NCBI GenBank assembly: GCA_030704615.1
Contig: CM060733.1
Coordinates: forward strand, 14,260,001 to 14,324,000
Length of the DNA: 64,000 nucleotides
DNA from: Takakia lepidozioides
Lineage: Eukaryota; Plantae; Bryophyta
Reading direction: 5' to 3'
Shown here: piece after piece, positions 61,518 through 64,000 of the stretch
Numbering within the stretch: the stretch's first letter is position 1
Layout: every line of letters begins with the position of its first letter
Position numbers and translations under genes: made by a program
The notes under the pieces: model-generated
Database searches by the model: none
Told to the model about the DNA's origin: nothing
The model's input: the letters and a program-made list of their open reading frames with translations, nothing else

Positions 61518-63461
61518 TCAAGCTAAGGCTGCTGCCATAAGCTCCCGATTAGAGCACTGCTGCTCATAGAGCGATCTGAAGATTAAGTACTTGGCATCAT
61601 GATACTTCTTGACCCTTGCATCTTGTGAAGGTTCCACCACCTGGCCACGCCTCACCAATATCATTGAAATAAGCAGAAGTATGGGAACCATTCTACAGCA
61701 TACGATGACTTGACATGTTGGGGAAAGTTGAAAACGGACGTGATAGACAGATGAGGAACCTGCCAGAAGGAACAGCAGAGCAGTATACAAGGGATCAGTG
61801 CCTCACCAAGCCAGGAGCATTTAGTGCAGCCATAGCCTCTCGCACACTGACGAACTTTTTGGCAGCCACTGCCCCCAGCACAGCAGCACCCAGAAGTACA
61901 GACTCATTTTCTCTTGGCAAAACCACCTTGCATCCTGCGAACAGGAACAATCACTCAGAGCATGGGATGCACCTAATCTATCGTATTCCATCTTCGTTTG
62001 TCCTACTTCTGTGTCATTTTGAAAGCCCACCACAAAGGGAGACAACAGTCAGGGGGGGCAGCATGACCACAAAACAAATGAAATGAAATGAAATGGTGCT
62101 TTATAACGTCCGCGGAAAGCTCATAGAGCTTATGGGACAAAATGGAAAGAAAAACATGAGAGAAAACAGGAAACCGGAGTCAAAACAAAGAAAAACCAGG
62201 AACTACTCCAACTTCTGTAAGCTCTGGTTAAGGGACGAACCAACAATGGTGGCATGCTCTTGCACATACACCTTGTTCTTTGAGAGCCCACCACAGGCCA
62301 AAAGAGTGTCAATCTGCACATGCATGAAGATGGCCTTAGCTAAGAGTTGAGAGTGATAGTTGCAGAATCCCACTGACTCAGTTCTCACAACCTCCAGTAT
62401 AAAGCTAAAAAATGCCAATCCATCGAGATATACTGAATTAAGTTGGTTCCCCTGTCAGAGCAGTAAAGACATGGCATGCTAGCTAACACGGCACACAGGA
62501 GAATGGTACCTTCAAACCATGAGCATTACAGTGTTCCACAATGTGCCGTGTGCCATATGCAATACCCTGCACAGCTGCCAAGTACAGAAGAGCGAGATCT
62601 TCTTCACTGGCATCCAACGTCATGCCATTCACTATCCCTTTTGCGCTGGGATCTGCCATAGGTGACCTGTGCTTCCATGCATTCGTCAAAGCCAGTAGAG
62701 CTTCTAATCTTTGACCGTATGAAGACTGGACAGGGCCATACTGTCCCCCTTTATGTAGATTGTTAGCAGCTACTAAAAGTCATCCAGTACCTTCATCGCA
62801 CAGTGAAGGGTGACATTAAGTTCAAGTACAAGTGGAAGTTGTCTGATAAGACTGCATGAATACTCATCCCTTTTTCTGAAAACATACAACTTTGAATGTT
62901 ATCATCACAAGATATGGAGCAATTTCAGACAGCACACCAAAGGCTGGCTTCCCACATTTAGACGAATCCAAACTCACCTGTTACCATGAAAGTCCGGTAA
63001 GATGTGCAAATCCTTTGTCAAAGCACTCTGAAATGGCACTGTTGGATCAGCAGCGAGATTTTCCAGAATGCCATTCAGCATCTCATATAGAGAGACTTCT
63101 GTCAAGGCACAATTGATTGTCTCTGTGTTAAACACACGTCTGCTAAGTTCTATTCTTACAATTAGTTCATCACTCTGATTTGCAGGGCTCATGTTAACAC
63201 CAATAAAGATAGAATGCTAGGCACATAGATGTCCCAGTAGAGGAGGAAATAAAGTTTTGACAGGCTCTTCTGACAAATGACCTGTATAGCACAAGTTGCA
63301 TCTCTGACTGAGGCACTTTAACAGTTAAGGATGAGTCTCACTCTGAGAAGCAGCACGGTTGGCAAGCGCTGGAGCAGCTGGATGAGTCTCCACCAAGTGA
63401 TCCAGAAGTGCCCCTGTCGCACTCTGACCTCCTTCTGTGAGCCAAAGCTCCGGTACCATGG
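61518..63461 (-). CDS. FGGY carbohydrate kinase (ribulokinase-like), 3' exons; gene continues upstream
   Basis: Exons 63461-63342, 63098-62978, 62666-62510, 62313-62241, 61934-61807, 61640-61518. Motifs [42 protein letters not shown] and KYHDAKY. Confidence 0.95.
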
Positions 63462-64000
63462 CTGCACCCGACCATGTTCGCCTAGTTTGCACTAATAACC
63501 CACACTCTCTAACTCTCTCAAAACCAGCTAATTTCGGATGTGGAAGCTGAGCTTTGCCATCGAGATAGGTTGGCATCCACTTTCTCATGCAGTGCATTCA
63601 GTAATTATCTGAGTGAGAGGTCTTCTTTGCAAGCATTAGAAGACTGCTAGGCAAGTTGATGCACAAAGTTGTGGACCTGGTTAGGTCGGTTTGTGATAAC
63701 TTCGCAATATGACACTTCAGCAGGGAGTAAAAAGGTGAGAACTTTCTCATTGCTCTAGTTTAGTCAAATCTGGAGCGAGAATTCATCTTTAGCAGTGGCC
63801 CCTCACCATTTCTTCTCCTAATCCACACCCTGTCCTCTTCTTTCTGTCCCATGTGAACTGGGTGTGGGGTCTATGGCCAGAATGCTACTGCAAGTGTGGC
63901 TTTGAGACTTGTCTCTCTCACTTCCACCTTGAGTTATTGCATCCCCAATTGTATCCTGGAATGCATCTGCCTTTGATTGGAGCATTATCCTACATGCTCC

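Overview
Nuclear DNA from a land plant, most likely a non-seed plant (bryophyte, lycophyte or fern). The basis is short spliceosomal introns, highly repetitive PLS-DYW PPR genes, a Tcn1/Tf1-type chromovirus and a Dualen-like LINE; the species cannot be named from the sequence. Host genes are FHIT (7 exons, including a 3-nt micro-exon and an AT-AC U12 intron), an inward-rectifier (Kir/KirBac-family) channel with a non-canonical TTFGG filter, a small secreted Cys-rich protein, an Smr/DUF1771 gene and the 3' part of an FGGY kinase. There are two PLS-E-DYW editing-factor genes. One is frameshifted and lies behind a pantothenate-synthetase exon-1 relic. The other has an open reading frame joined in frame to an OSB-type PDF ssDNA-binding motif, preceded by a partly decayed array of more PDF exons. 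Mobile DNA includes an intron-containing beta-class N4C/N6A DNA-methyltransferase-like gene, a LINE ORF1-like gene, a split and inverted pogo transposase, a full-length decayed self-priming Ty3/gypsy element, a 35-bp-TIR element carrying a coiled-coil gene, and a 6.3-kb foldback element (about 0.93-kb TIRs, 6-bp TSD) with captured starch-synthase exons. The strongest candidates for undescribed biology are the PDF-PPR-DYW fusion, the methyltransferase-like gene and the Kir channel. All protein family calls come from motif recognition by eye, not database searches.
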